A DNA stretch of 63,993 bases, filler included, from Choristocarpus tenellus KU-1152 (Eukaryota > Protista > Phaeophyceae): NCBI GenBank assembly GCA_964200185.2. It is 13 parts of 13 records of this genome, joined end to end, with 100 filler letters (N's around TTAATTAATTAA, not from the genome) between each part and the next. Parts side by side here need not be neighbours in the genome. Positions count along the whole stretch, not along the records: positions 1 to 8,601 come from CAXNAD020004545.1; positions 8,702 to 16,480 come from CAXNAD020005591.1; 11 more parts are not named here. One strand, given 5' to 3'. This document shows positions 1 to 12,585 of the stretch, in pieces; position 1 is the first letter of the stretch, and each line of letters opens with the position of its first letter. The notes below the pieces were generated by a model. The model had not been told where the DNA came from. It saw only the letters and a program-made list of their open reading frames with translations, and searched no databases. Position numbers and translations under genes: made by a program.

Positions 1-72
1 ATGGAAAAATGGACCCCAAATGGACAGCCGCCCCCCTCCCCCCTCCCTCCCTCCCCCCCCTCAGATACTTTG
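1..72 (+). mobile_element. MITE family A, right end (truncated by window start)
   Basis: AAAAATGGACCCCAAATGGACAGCCGCC-polyC-AGATACTTTG matches the right ends of copies at 45455-45623 and 49787-49845. Confidence 0.85.
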
Positions 73-208
73 TTTTGGACCATGATTTTATTATTTTTTG
101 TTGAGTTGTTGGGAGGCGTTTTATGTTTTGTTCTGTTGAATCTTTGATTCTTTCTTTGCTTCCTCTTTTATGACTTTTATTACAATGGTAATCACATTGA
201 TCTTCGAT

Positions 209-868
209 ATGAGAATATATAATAATGGTAGTTTTAATCAGTACATGAGAATGTATAATAATGGTGATTGTGATCAGTACATGAGAATATATTATAATGG
301 TAGTTTTAATCAGTATATGAGAATATATAATAATGGTAGTTTTAATCAGTACATGAGAATATATTATAATGGTAGTTTTAATCAGTATATGAGAATATAT
401 TATAATCGTAGTTTTAATCAGTATATATGAGAATATATTATAATGGTAGTTTTAATCAGTATATATGAGAATATATTATAATGGTAGTTTTAATCAGTAC
501 ATGAGAAAATATTATAATGGTAGTTTTAATCAGTACATGAGAAAATATTATAATGGTAGTTTTAATCAGTACATGAGAATATATTATAATGGTAGTTTTA
601 ATCAGTATATGAGAATATATTATAATGGTAGTTTTAATCAGTATATATGAGAATATATTATAATGGTAGTTTTAATCAGTATATATGAGAATATATTTTA
701 ATGGTAGTTTTAATCAGTACATGAGAAAATATTATAATGGTAGTTTTAATCAGTACATGAGAATATATAATAATGGTGATTGTGATCAGTATATATGAGA
801 ATATATTGAAATGGTGATTATAATCAGTATATATGAGAATATATAATAATGGTGATTGTAATCAGTAC
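209..868. repeat. AT-rich minisatellite, about 18 copies of a 36/38-bp unit (ATGAGAATATATTATAATGGTAGTTTTAATCAGTAC/TAT)
   Basis: Direct tandem repeats with no unique spacers; explains the spurious repetitive ORFs 170..430 and 465..650. Confidence 0.95.
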
Positions 869-1192
869 GTGCTTTTATCGGTGACTTTGTAGGTGTGTTG
901 CTTTTCTTCAGTGCATTATATGAATGTAAAGTATTTCTTCCTCCAGCGGCAACGTTTCATTCTTTTTTTTTCAGGTGTTCATTTAAAAATAGAGTCGACG
1001 TTTCACACTCATTTCTAATATTCTTAACTTAAAAAAAACCCAGAAATACCGGGGGGCATCGTGTTAAAAAAAGAAGTTTAAATGGCAGCGTTCTTTTTTA
1101 CATTTAAACTCTTCTTTTTTTTGGCCTCACTAATATTTTTGTAACTGCCACCACACCTCTTGTGTGTGTGTGTGTGTGTGCTCTGTTGTCAG

Positions 1193-2704
1193 CAACGATT
1201 CAAGGACCTACGTACCATCATGCACTGTGCTCTCTGGAGTGACCCGGACTTGGATCCATGCCTGCCTACACCACAGGTCGCCTAACCTTACTTGACTTGG
1301 ATGGATTGGGATGGATCTTGATGTTGTAGTTGTGATGGAGTTTGATGTTGTATGCGTGGATGGATCTTGATGTTGTAATGGCGATGGATGATTTTGATGG
1401 ATTTTGATGTTGTAGGCGTGTGGATGGATTGTGATGGACCTTGGTGTTGTTGTGATGGATAGATAAGAGAAGAGAGTGCACATGAATATACTGGACATGA
1501 ATGTGATGGAATGTGATGGAGCCGTGTGTGGTTCTTTTTTATATATTTTTGTGTTGTATGTATTAGCCTATCCATTTCACTCCATTTGGTTGTTATTGTT
1601 GTTATTGTGCATGCTGTTAACTGCTGTTAACTGCTGTTAACTATAGACTGGGTAGTGTGAATTGAAGGTCAGGCTTGCCCGGCGTTCCATGTGTGACGAT
1701 ATTTTATTGTTGCTGTTGGTGGAATATGTGTGATATTATATTGTTCGTATCACTACTACTACTACACTCTGGGGGGTAATGGTGCTTAAGATGATATTAT
1801 GAATATCATATATCATGAATATCATGTATCATGCTTTTCACTGTCCTTTTTACCATCTACTTTGCCATGAACCTACCTGGATTGCATTGTTTTTGTTGAA
1901 GTATTATATATTTGGCGGGTTGGCCAAGAATGGCATACCTATTTAGTTTTAGTGACTGTCTTGAATGGGTTTGTTACTATTTGGTTAGGTAAATGTTATA
2001 TTGTGTATAGATTTGATTGGTTGATTGGTATTTTTTTATTTTTTATTTTAGTCTGTGGTAGTAGTGGTAGTAGTGGTAGTAGTAGTAGTAGTAGTGCTGT
2101 GAGGTTTTGTGTTAGTAGCTTATGTTACAATGTATTTGAAGTTTGAAATGGAAGGTGCCTTGGTTTTGTATGTATATACATTTTCAAGCTGATCCTAGTT
2201 TTTTTTTCCTCTTTCACTTACTGGAATATCAAGATCCGGATATTGGATTTAATGAAAAAGGCGACTGGAGTCTTAAAGTACAAACCCAATGTTATATTTT
2301 TAGGACTGTGAACAGACTGTGGGTGTACACATAACCTATGAAGGCCTTACCTTTCTTGATGTGATATTAATCTACACAACACAATCAGGACTATCACCTA
2401 CAATACACCACACTGCACAACACAACGCCTTCCTTCCTCTTTGGTCCTCCATCATCCCCCCCTCCCCCCCTTCATTTTTACAATAACTCGCTTGAATTTT
2501 TTCAAATATATACGTGCATACATATGTTAATTTTTTTGTTCTTGTCTCTCTTCTGGTTGTAGCCAAATCCTCGGGGTGCAGGTGTGTTGTTTGGTCCGGA
2601 CATGACCGCTTCCTTCTTGGATGGTAATGGGCTGGACATGGTTGTTAGGAGCCATGAGTGCGTGGAGGATGGGTTTGACCTTCCTTTTGAGGGGGAGATG
2701 GAAT
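1193..2704 (+). CDS. PPP-family Ser/Thr protein phosphatase, two internal exons (1193-1276, 2563-2704), partial gene
   Basis: AG/GT-bounded, phase-compatible exons translate QRFKDLRTIMHCALWSDPDLDPCLPTPQ|PNPRGAGVLFGPDMTASFLDGNGLDMVVRSHECVEDGFDLPFEGEME, with the LWSDP, RG.G..FG and RSHE motifs of PPP phosphatases. A PP5/PPEF-like subfamily is a guess. Confidence 0.9.
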
Positions 2705-2709
2705 GTGAG

Positions 2710-3070
2710 TAGTTGTGTGTTGTGTTGTGTTGTGTTGTGTTTTGTTGTGTGGTGTCTTGTTTGTGTGGTGTATTGTGTTGTACTGTGTTGTGGTGTGTGG
2801 TGTGTTGTGTTGTTTGTGTGGTGTGTGGTGTTTTGTTGTGTGTTGTACTGTGTTGTGTGTTGTGTTGTTTGTGTGTTGTGTTGTGTTTTGTTGTGTGGTG
2901 TAATGTGTGGTGTATTGTGTGGTGCGTTGTTTGTGTGTTTCATGTGTGTTTTTTGTAAGTTTTGTGTGCTTTTTGTGTTCTGTCCTATTTGCGTATATTA
3001 TTTGTGTTTTTTGTGTGTTTTGTGAGTTTTGTGTGTGTTCTGTCTTATCTATGCATATTATGTGTGTGTT
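2710..3070. repeat. TG-rich low-complexity intronic tract
   Basis: Degenerate (TGTGT/TGTTG)n directly after the GTGAGT donor; source of spurious Cys/Val ORFs. Confidence 0.9.
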
Positions 3071-3317
3071 TCACTTATCTTTTTTTTTACAGATTGTGTA
3101 GCTATTGTGTACTTCTTTAGTATATTTGACAATACCATCCATTTTTTGGAATATGATTATTTTTCTGTGAGTTAGTCTGGGATGCTCATGCTTGCAGAGT
3201 CTTTGTGAATGGATTGTTGATCATCATACCCACCAAGCAACATCTTGTTACTACCTTCTTTATGTTAGACCTAGCTAAATGAATTGATGGATATTTTCAC
3301 ACCAAGAATTCTGAATA

Positions 3318-3493
3318 GTGTGTGTGTGTGGGGGGGGGTGGCGGCTGTCCATTTTGGGTAAATTTTTTTATGTCCCAATTTTTGTGTGATTTGGTTACAT
3401 TCGTCGGATGGATAATGTAAGTGCAATTTTCCTGGTTTTGGCCCAAATGGACACCCTGGTGTAGACCGTCCCCCCCCCCAGATACTTTGGGTC
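3318..3493 (-). mobile_element. MITE family A copy (one TIR eroded into (TG)n)
   Basis: Reverse-complement match to the 28369 and 45455 copies; ends polyC-AGATACTTTGGGTC. Confidence 0.85.
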
Positions 3494-3722
3494 AGTAGTT
3501 CCCTCAACTATCTCGAAAGGGTAGCAGCTTTTCCTTTTGACACGACAACATTTCAGCCAATCATCTGCAGACAAGAGCATTCCAGTTATGCTCCTTTAAT
3601 AGTCTCCCTCCCTTGAGTTTCTTGATTCTCCTTAAGGGCCACACGCTCAACCAAGCACATGTTCACTTTTTCAAATCTCTCCGATCACTTCCATAAACAA
3701 TCTACTTGAGGCAGGTTTGTAA

Positions 3723-3820
3723 CCCTATACCCTGTACCCTATACCCTGTACCCTATACCCTGTACCCTATACCCTGTACCCTATACCCTGTACCCTATAC
3801 CCTATATCCTATATCCTATA
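3723..3820. repeat. Tandem repeat (CCCTATACCCTGTA)n
   Basis: About six 14-bp units decaying into CCTATAT. Confidence 0.9.
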
Positions 3821-3922
3821 CATTTCAAAAAGAAAACATATGAACAGTCATTGAAAAAAAAGGTATAAGATCTACTGCCCTATCCACCCTGATCCCCTGA
3901 CCCGCTTACATCCTTTCTGCAG

Positions 3923-4075
3923 GCTAGCGGGAGTGCTGGAGGCGCAGTGAAGCTGTATGACCTGAGTCAGGGCAAGATGATGAGGCACTTTCGAGGGCAC
4001 AGGTCCAACGTAACTGTTGTAGATTCCGGCAGCTTTGACAGGCGCTTTCTCGCAACCGGCTCCATGGATTGCCAG
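3923..4075 (+). CDS. WD40-repeat exon, katanin p80 subunit-like (single internal exon)
   Basis: CAG|...|GT bounded, 51 codons: ASGSAGGAVKLYDLSQGKMMRHFRGHRSNVTVVDSGSFDRRFLATGSMDCQ. The GHRSN and ATGS.D pattern resembles katanin p80 WD repeats (from memory of the family). Confidence 0.75.
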
Positions 4076-4722
4076 GTCAGAGATAGGGCTAGGGATGGAT
4101 TGTGGATGTGATCATTGAAATTACAATAAGAACTGCAGTGAACAACAAGAATATCATAGCAACAAGTGATAAAAATAGTAGCAATGAACAACAATAAATA
4201 TTTTATGTCAATGTAGAAACAAACTAAAATGGGATTTGATGAGAAAGGGTGAAACATTTCTTTTCCAGTCCAAGCAGGGTGCAGTAAGAAGTCGGTGTAT
4301 TGTTGATGTTCATTACTAATATTTCTATTATCTTCATCTCTAGGTATACAACAACACCTACCTCAGCACAACAACTGAAACCGCTTACGCTACCGTGCAC
4401 ATCGGGACCTTGCATATATTTTTTCCTACATGTTTTTTCCTCTATTTTTTTTATACCTACAACAACATGAAATAAACATTGTGGTGTTTAATGAACTGTT
4501 TGAATCATTTTGATAAAACAAAAAAAGGAATGTATGAGTAGAAGAATAATTGTGGCACTGCTAGAGAGTGTGTTGTGCAATGTTCTTCTGGTTTGGTTGC
4601 GACATGATCACACCCTGTGTTGTAGTGTAGATTTTTGCACAATTGCAGGTTGATTCAGATAAGAAAGGCTGGTGTGAATAGAAAGTGGAAGGGAATGGGA
4701 TGAGAGGGGAACAGCAAAGAGA

Positions 4723-4760
<38 letters not shown>

Positions 4761-5598
4761 CCCAAGCAAGGATTGGGGGTTTGAATGAGGGTTAGATAAG
4801 AGGATGATCAGTTTGGCGTTGTAGTCAATGAGTTCACTACATGTAGGAGTCTGGAGTTGAGAAGTTATCTGTAGTAGGTCGAGGGCAGCAGTTTGTTATT
4901 TTTGGACCGCTGACTCCAAAAGACCAAGATTTATTTTTTTTTCAACGTTTCCGACCCGAAGGGTTTTGTTATTGCCTGCTGCAGCGTGCATGAAGACGAA
5001 GTCAATCGATGATGCGCACTCCCTTACTGCTCCTGTTTTTCAAGCGGTCAGAATGATGCAATAGGATGCCTAATAATCTTGGGGAGATTTAATATCACTA
5101 CAGGTTCACACAGGCCTCAAATGGACGCCTGACTACCCCTCTTGGTAAATATGGACCTAATTACTGCACATGGGATCGTTGGGACTGCTACAAGGCGCTC
5201 AACTTCACAAGACCAATGATAGTGCTGTTAATAAGTACGATGATACTCGATCTCGTTACATTTTCTTTTATGTTGTTAATTAGTATTGCTCTTTTAATGT
5301 AGTATCCTCGTACCTCTCACCACTACTAATTATTGTTCTTAAAACTATTCAGTGTGACATCCCTCGAGGGTCAGAGAGATCCGAGAACACTCCGATCACT
5401 TTCTGTTACAATAACAATTATTCTATTTCGGAGTATTATTGTTTATATTCATAGTAATTTAAGATGATTATGTTCTTATTTTATGGATAGTAATATAGTT
5501 AATTATTTTATTCTTAGTACATTAATAGAAATTATGTAATAAGCAAAGGATCGAACCTATACTGTGTATGTATGTAGGTTCCTGAGATTGAGAGGTAC

Positions 5599-5894
5599 CA
5601 TCAACCCCCATTTCAAATAGTTATGCCCGTTTTGCTCCTCACAATACTTACTATATCTATCTCACATCAGTCGACATCAACCCCCATTTCAAATAGTAAT
5701 CCCCTTTTACTCCTCACAATACTTACTACATCCATCTCAAATCAGTCGGCATCAACCCATATTCCAAATAGTATTCCCATTATACTCCTCACAATACTTA
5801 CTACATCTATCTCACATCAGTCCACATCAACCCGCATTTCAAATAGTATTCCCACTCTTCACAATACTTACTACATATATCTCACATCAGTCGA
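5599..5894. repeat. Minisatellite, 4 copies of a ~75-bp unit
   Basis: CATCAACCC..ATTTCAAATAGTA...CTCACAATACTTACTACAT.TATCTCACATCAGTCG repeated; explains ORF 5623..5934. Confidence 0.9.
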
Positions 5895-7324
5895 GGGAGA
5901 GGCCTTCATTGCAAAAGAGTACCCCTACTGTTGACTCTCCAATACCATCATTTTTTCAGTCACACTTTAAAAGATAGAGTACTCTACATTTCCACACGCA
6001 CAGATCGTTTGTAACCGTCATCAGAGTAGTAATACCCAATCAAAACCTAAGGGCATGTATATTCGCACACGAAGAGAGTGAAGATGATCAGCAACAATTA
6101 AAAAAACAAATTGAAGCTTAGGTCAAAATGTAAGAATGTACTCAGCACGCAGGCATGTGTTGAACACACAAGAACGACCACACACCAAGCACCCAGGTAC
6201 CCAGATACCTAGCCGGCCATATGCAGCAATTTTTGGAAGAGGTTGTACCAGACGCATGTGTCAGGAAAGCACTTGCGACAAGAATTTTATATTTTGAAAG
6301 TTGAGGGCAAAGTTCGACTTTGCGATTATTCCATTTTCAAAGTTTTTTTTTTTAATCTCCACTCCGTTTCTGAAAAGCATTTTTTTTTTTTGTCGTGATT
6401 GAGTATCATTTTCTGAATCGGCAATAAATTACCTACCTCCTAACAATAAACAGTCTCTCGTTATATGATCAAGTGGTGCCAACATAAAATTAATTTAAGT
6501 AAACGATCATTTTATGTATAAACTACCAAGTATTAATATTCATATATATATATATATACATGTAGGAAAAAAATGTAAGGCGGAGGTAGTATCGAAACTA
6601 CTACTAATAACAAATGGGTGTGATGGATGTGTGAGAATCACGTGGTTGTCTCGATTAGTTAGTGGCAGAGTGTGGTCAGAGTTGTGACAGGTGTAAGGTG
6701 TACCATTTTCTTGTTCTATGATACACGTTGCCGAGTACATAATCATAAGTAAAACAACAATATTGAGACAGGGGCCTACTGCTCCTTCTCGACTCTCTGC
6801 AAGTCTGTTCCTGTTGCGGCTCGTCTCCATTATGCAGACGCCTTCCAGCTTGGTCATCTACCCCTCTCCTATATTCTTTAATAGTTCAATCATTTCTGAG
6901 GGGGGAGGTTACAGACAATACTACAATACAGTACTGTTGCTGAAGAGTCGCCAATATATTTATATATATATATATATATATTAGAACGAGCGAGACGGCG
7001 AGCAGACGCACAAGAATACGCATATAGGGTGGTGAGGTACAGATTCGTACAGATGTCAAAATGTATCAACATAAGAGTGTAAAAGCTACTAAGATCTGTG
7101 GCGAGATGGGCGCTGACAGATCGCGTGGGAGACGCGCGAGGTTTTCGCGAGCACACGCACGATAAATCCAAAAAAGAGTGATGGCACTTGTGACATGAAC
7201 TCACACAAGGCACAAGGTGACGAGCAGATGTTGTGATACAAAGGAGAGCTGGTAACAGTTTTGAGATAGAGCCAATTCAAATTGACCCTTTTTTTTCTCT
7301 TTTTCTAGTAGAATTTATTTTGAG

Positions 7325-7950
7325 GGCTCCAGGCAGCTGTGACGGGGCTGGACCATGAGCCCGCCTGTCAAGAATGTAACTCAGGGGGCCGGACCAGGGC
7401 CATATGAGTTTTATCGGAACCAGGCTGTGGATAATATACTTCGGAGGGACCAGGTCAGGTCCCAGTGAAACATTCAGAGAGAAATATATATATATATAAT
7501 TCATTATTGCATACTCCAGGAGGAAAAAATATATATTTTGTTTGCAGATAGTACTTGATAATAATAATAATAATAATCCAAAGGTACTGTAGAGTGGTAG
7601 ATACATCAGACCTAATTATCGTACTCTACCAGTAGCAATTTTGTAAACGAAACAAAATGTAATAAAAGGTGATACACCCAGGCAGGTACGAACCAGAGAT
7701 TATGAAATAAAAAGAAATCCTGCCCTGGCCTACGGAATAAACCGTTCTTGACAGGGTCGGCCCGGGAGATGTAGGGTCCTCTCGGGGGGAGCCAGGGAAA
7801 TAGAAACTTTCCAAGGCTGGCCAATGGCCCCCGAGGTATCTTTTGAAGGGGCAAGGGCCAGGCCGTTAGAAAATGTCAAGGGTCTAACCAGGCCACTGGT
7901 TGGCCTGGTTAGCCGAACTGACTGCCTGGTGTAAGGGTCTGGATACGATT
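7325..7950. repeat. Imperfect inverted-repeat element rich in GGACCAGG/CCAGG motifs; related sequence at about 29930-30220 and 30680-30860
   Basis: CCTGTCAAGAA (~7364) is inverted to TTCTTGACAGG (~7745); TGTGACGGG and ACCAGGTC..GGTCC.AGTGAAA motifs are shared with contig 5. Confidence 0.45.
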
Positions 7951-8184
7951 TTTTAATTTTCAAAAGAGTCATGAAAGTGAGTGAGTGTGAGCACATAGGA
8001 AAGGATAGAGCTGGTACCAGTACTGCACAGAAACACAACAAAAAAAAAGGGTGGGCAGATGGAAGGACAGATGGATGGATGGATGGATGGATGGATGGAA
8101 AATACTTGTGTTTTTATGGTACATATGTGAGGGTGGTCTAAAAGGTTCAAAAGGGCTGCCTCACAGAATAATAAGGTCAAGAAT

Positions 8185-8444
8185 GAGTCAAAGTATCTCA
8201 GAGGGTAGAGTAGCGTCCATTTGGGGGTCAAAATCCAATGTTGCGATTTTGATGTAATTTGGCTATCGTGTTTGTTGGAAAGTGTCAATATCCTTGTTCC
8301 GGACACACCTTTTCATAACGTATATATTTTACCTACTCGGAAACATTTCGGAGTAGGAAAATGTCATTAAAAAGAGCTCGTGTGAAGCCAAGCCCCAAGT
8401 GGACAAACAGGGCAAAATTTGTACCCTCCAAGACACTTTCACTC
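8185..8444 (+). mobile_element. MITE family B (~260 bp), full copy
   Basis: TIR GAGTCAAAGTATCTCAGAGGGTA ... TACCCTCCAAGACACTTTCACTC; flanks GAAT/AAAT (3 of 4 matching as TSD). Confidence 0.92.
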
Positions 8445-8601
8445 AAATATAAGTATCTGTTACAATATCGATAGTATGAATGATTGACATCTCAATAGTA
8501 GTGACTATAGGGTGTATGGAGTGACAGCAAGAGATACATTCACGCCTTCAACCGATATCAATTGTTGTTGACAATGGATACGAATACCACCCCCCCCCCC
8601 C

Positions 8602-8701
8602 NNNNNNNNNNNNNNNNNNNNNNNNNNNNNNNNNNNNNNNNNNNNTTAATTAATTAANNNNNNNNNNNNNNNNNNNNNNNNNNNNNNNNNNNNNNNNNNN
8701 N
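8602..8701. other. Artificial contig linker (44 N + TTAATTAATTAA + 44 N); identical linkers at 16481-16580, 23226-23325, 25852-25951, 30901-31000, 33745-33844, 37574-37673, 41635-41734, 49687-49786, 52774-52873, 56737-56836, 59628-59727
   Basis: Twelve identical 100-bp spacers with a six-frame stop palindrome; flanking sequences are unrelated. A separate 10-N scaffold gap lies at 24969-24978. Confidence 0.98.
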
Positions 8702-9464
8702 TAGGGGGGTATGTGACATCTGTGTATGGACACCGTGGATTCATTCGTGTGGGGCATTGTTTTCTTAGAAGGGTTACGAAAACGTACCATAAAGCACGTA
8801 GGACGAAGTGAATGGGGATAGTTTGTCGAACGGTAGAGCGTGTGTTTTCATCTGAATTTTTTGTTGGGAAGCAGTTCACAAGTGCATGGTGGGTGTCGCC
8901 CCTGACAATATTGGCGTATGTATGTACTACAATTGACGTGTTCTGTCCAACGGTAAAGTGAAGTGTAGGATCGTTTTTGTGGTGTAAGGGATACTTAACG
9001 TTTCATGCAATGTCAGTTAGCACGTATCCCCACACGCGCATACCATCGTGTGCGCATCCCTTTCTTGTGGAGGATATGGGTCTGCGATTGAGTCTAGAAA
9101 TATCATCGCAAGAGTCTGCGTATACCACTGGGCTAAATCCCTGATTCTGCATTGAGTTGTAAAAAGCAGAAACAGAAATAAACTGAGTAGTATGAAAGTG
9201 TTAATGAAGAAAAGGAGGCTCTTGTTCCCAGGGTCAGTCACGTGAATTGAGCAAGCTACTAAGTTTGTTGGTGCTTTGGGAACATTTTTCGCAGATTGAG
9301 AGAGGAAGGAGAATGGGCAGGAGAAGCACTATCTGGTGAATGTGCTTACAAGACGGACGACCATGAGAAGCATGCGATCATGGTTGACAGGGTAGCAATT
9401 GAACACAGGTGTATGCATGTGAGGTTGTGATGAAGTAATGGGAGGTCGAGAAGGATGGTTTGGA

Positions 9465-9735
9465 GACGTGCGGCTTAAGAGAGGTTAGTATGTGGATAGC
9501 CGCAACCTTTGCCATACTTTGTTGTACGGTAAAGTATGGCGAAAATGACTTGAGGCGAGTGACCTGAAAAAGTTGGTATATGGACCGCCGCAACTTTCGC
9601 CACACTTTGTCGTATGACAAAGTACGGCAAAAATGACATGATGCGCGTGGCTTCATATAAGTTGGTATGTGCACAGCCACACTTTTTCCCATACTTTGTC
9701 GAACGGTAAAGTATGGCAAAGATGACATGAGGCGA
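9465..9735. repeat. Three ~88-bp tandem units, each with a hairpin (GCCATACTTT-N10-AAAGTATGGC)
   Basis: Hairpins at about 9511, 9599 and 9688; the units align end to end. Confidence 0.8.
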
Positions 9736-10574
9736 GCAGATGAAGGAAGGGCGAAACATGACTTGGCATAATTTCATTATTGTGTAAGGGTGAGAGACGG
9801 TGTCAGGGTTAGGGCACAGGGTTAGGGTCGGGACAAGTGCTAGGGTTGGGATCGGAAACAGGAACTGGAAGGAACATCGTTTGGTTCCGATACATATCGA
9901 AACGAGGATATCGGGGAACACGAACTTTCTTCGTCTTTACGTTTCGTTCTGCTCTTGATGGGAGAACGTGTGCGTAACCGGTTCCGAACTATGGTGGAAC
10001 TGGTGAACACAACGTCTCTCTGATTTCGAACTCAATTGTGTGATTTCGGAAGGATATCGTGACCATCCTTCATTCAGATAATTACAGAAGAGCCAAAATA
10101 TCGAGGGTACGATGCCCGTATCGTCTGCATGAAGCGCACCCCACAGACACCGCTCAGGTATTACTGTTGGTCCTCCTCGCCTGACCTGCTTGTTTTTTGT
10201 GCCTCCGTTGATGCCAGGAGGGTCGTTGGAGGTGGTCAAGTGAGTGTTGAAGTCCTTGATTCCTATTGTTCATGTCCTTAGCATCTTCAAGTGAACATAT
10301 TCAAGAGGATATGGGGGAAGAAGTAATTGTGACAAGAAAAAAAGAAAAACCGCTGACGGTATAATAGATGGAAAGTGTAAATACTAAATCGACTTTTTGT
10401 CAACTGTCATAACAGTGTTACAATTATGTTACTGTTATGCCAACTTTGGCTAACATATTATTGAGATAAATATCTTTTCCATTAACGACACTGATATTTC
10501 ACAGGGGTCCGTATGATACACCTTTTTGTTTTTTCCTGAGACATACACAATAAGTTAATGCGACGACGACGGTC

Positions 10575-11700
10575 ATGCGTTTCAAGCTGTAGACACCAGG
10601 GAGATGGGCAAGGAGGGGCTTGTTACATTCTTGGGATTCCCTAGCTCCTTGCCCTGGGGCGCAGAAATAGCTAGGTTGGAGGACAAAGGAAGGCAGTGGT
10701 ACAGCATTGCTGGTAGTAAAATAGCAAATTGATTAGTGTTTTTCACATTAATGACAACTGTTACTTTTTTAGGGATTTTCTGACATGTGATAGTTTTCAT
10801 TGGTTTTCCTCTGACACATCTACAAAATGTCAGAGGCCTAATAATAGAAATATAGTAAAATATGTTAGAGGGCATAATAATATATAATTTTATCATTATG
10901 TCCTCTGACATTATATAATCGTAGTTATAACCTCAACACCTTAGGAACGTTTTGGCCGCCTCCGTAAGCAAGCGGAGATTTTTCTGGATGGGATAAGCTA
11001 CGCACGTGGTAGATAGGGGGGAGAGAGGCAGGAGGCTACAGGAGGAAGGGGCTGTCAAATCCCGTCTACGACTTATAGTCTCTCTCTCAACACAACTAGC
11101 CCTATCTAGACGTGTCATGCGACTAAGCTGGAGACACTGGGGAGATGGGCAAGGAGGGCCTTGTTATATTCTTGGGATGCTTCCCTAGCTCTTCGAAAGA
11201 TAGTCTCTGTCACAAAACAAGTCGTCCTATCTAGACGGGTCATGCGATTTAAGCTGGAGACACGGGGGAGATGGGCAAGGAGGGACTTGTTATATTCTTG
11301 GGATGCTTTCCTACCTCCTCACCCTGGGGTGGAGGACTAAGCTAGGTTGGAGGCACAGGAGGATAGTGGCGTAGCATAGGTGGTAGTAAAATAGTAAATA
11401 GATGAATATCTTTCACATTTACAACAACTGTTACTTGTTTAGGGGTTATTCCGACATTTAAATGGTTTTCTTCAGTTTATATTATGACACATCTCCAAAT
11501 GTCGGAGGGCATAATATTATAATAATATCAAATCAACGATTGTTGTAGTTAATATAATTTTAAAAAGGAACTTTTCCACATTAAATATATTACTATGCCC
11601 TCTAACATTTTGGAGATGTATGAGGGGGAAACCAATGAAAAGTCAGTTCAGTATCACAAGAACCACGGTGAAAGTAACATTTGTCGGAAATATGAAAGAA
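10575..11700. repeat. Modular interspersed repeat family D, three tandem modules plus an inverted segment
   Basis: Core AAGCTGGAGACAC..GGGAGATGGGCAAGGAGGG..TTGTTA.ATTCTTGGGAT at about 10584, 11124 and 11251; inverted piece about 11597-11640; further copies at about 34550-34620 and 63415-63930. Confidence 0.8.
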
Positions 11701-12585
11701 ATTCTCCTATTTACTACAATAACAATGTATACTATTCTGTCCCATAACGTTTTGCAGAGTCAGAAGAAAAGTTTAACGATAACTTTATTCCATGGATTAC
11801 TCTAAATACAACAATACAGTAGTTTTCTTCAACCCTAACACATCTCACAAAAGTGCGTACTGGAAAATAACAACACGACAAAGTCCCGTTGAAGTTTGTT
11901 CATTACTGAATATATAATTTGTACATTACTGTTCTTCTAACCCTAAGATAGCTCCACGAACGTGGGGAAAGGAGGTCGGGAAATATCCCACGAATCTGTC
12001 GAGTCTCTACGTTGAAACACATGGCGCCTCTCGAGAGGGTCATTTGTTAGGCAACTCTCTACTTGCTTCCCAAGGCGACCAAAAATTTCCACCCAGAACG
12101 TGTTGAGATGTATCAAAAACAGTGGTCAAAAGATGTGTCATAGTGTATGTGCTTTCACGCCTCGGCTGCAGCAGCAGGCACACCGTTGGAGGCGACTGAA
12201 TGAATGTGGCAAGTGACAGCCTACTTGGACCTCTGCAGAAGCAACAGCAAGAAGGTAGCCTTTGTATGGGTACAGTGTTGGCAGTCGCCTCCTGCATCAA
12301 CTTTGTGCCATAACGTTTGATCAACAATTTTTTTCATGAAAATTCTATTGTTGTAATCGCATAGTCATGCTGAACCTTGTTCTTGGTTTTGGTTGTTCAA
12401 CTTGCAGTAACCGTAAGAAAGAACCACACATTTAAGGACGATTTTGATGCCAGAAGAGGCCATCTTCACCTAGAGAACATGCGCGTTGTTCTCTCTCTAT
12501 TCTCTTTCCATTACTTCTCGTTTATGTGATTTTGTCACCTGCTGACTAAGGCTCACTGATGGGGGTCATTTTGGCGGTTACCAAT

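Noticed and set aside
209-868. CRISPR array or repeat protein (YYNGSFNQYMRI)n
   Set aside because: Units are contiguous with no unique spacers, 38-bp units break the frame, no cas genes are present, and the context is eukaryotic.
945-1020. Minimal hammerhead ribozyme pair of Penelope-like elements (two ACGTTTCA motifs; similar motif near 4943)
   Set aside because: The CUGANGA core is not intact on the minus strand; too degenerate to support.
2527-3101. Cys/Val-rich and His/Thr-rich ORFs (metallothionein-like)
   Set aside because: Translations of a TG microsatellite inside an intron.
5623-5934. Ser/Thr-rich repeat protein
   Set aside because: Translation of a 75-bp minisatellite with no supporting splice signals.
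8646-8657. Recurrent TTAATTAATTAA palindrome as a biological site
   Set aside because: Always centred in an identical N linker; it is a concatenation artefact.
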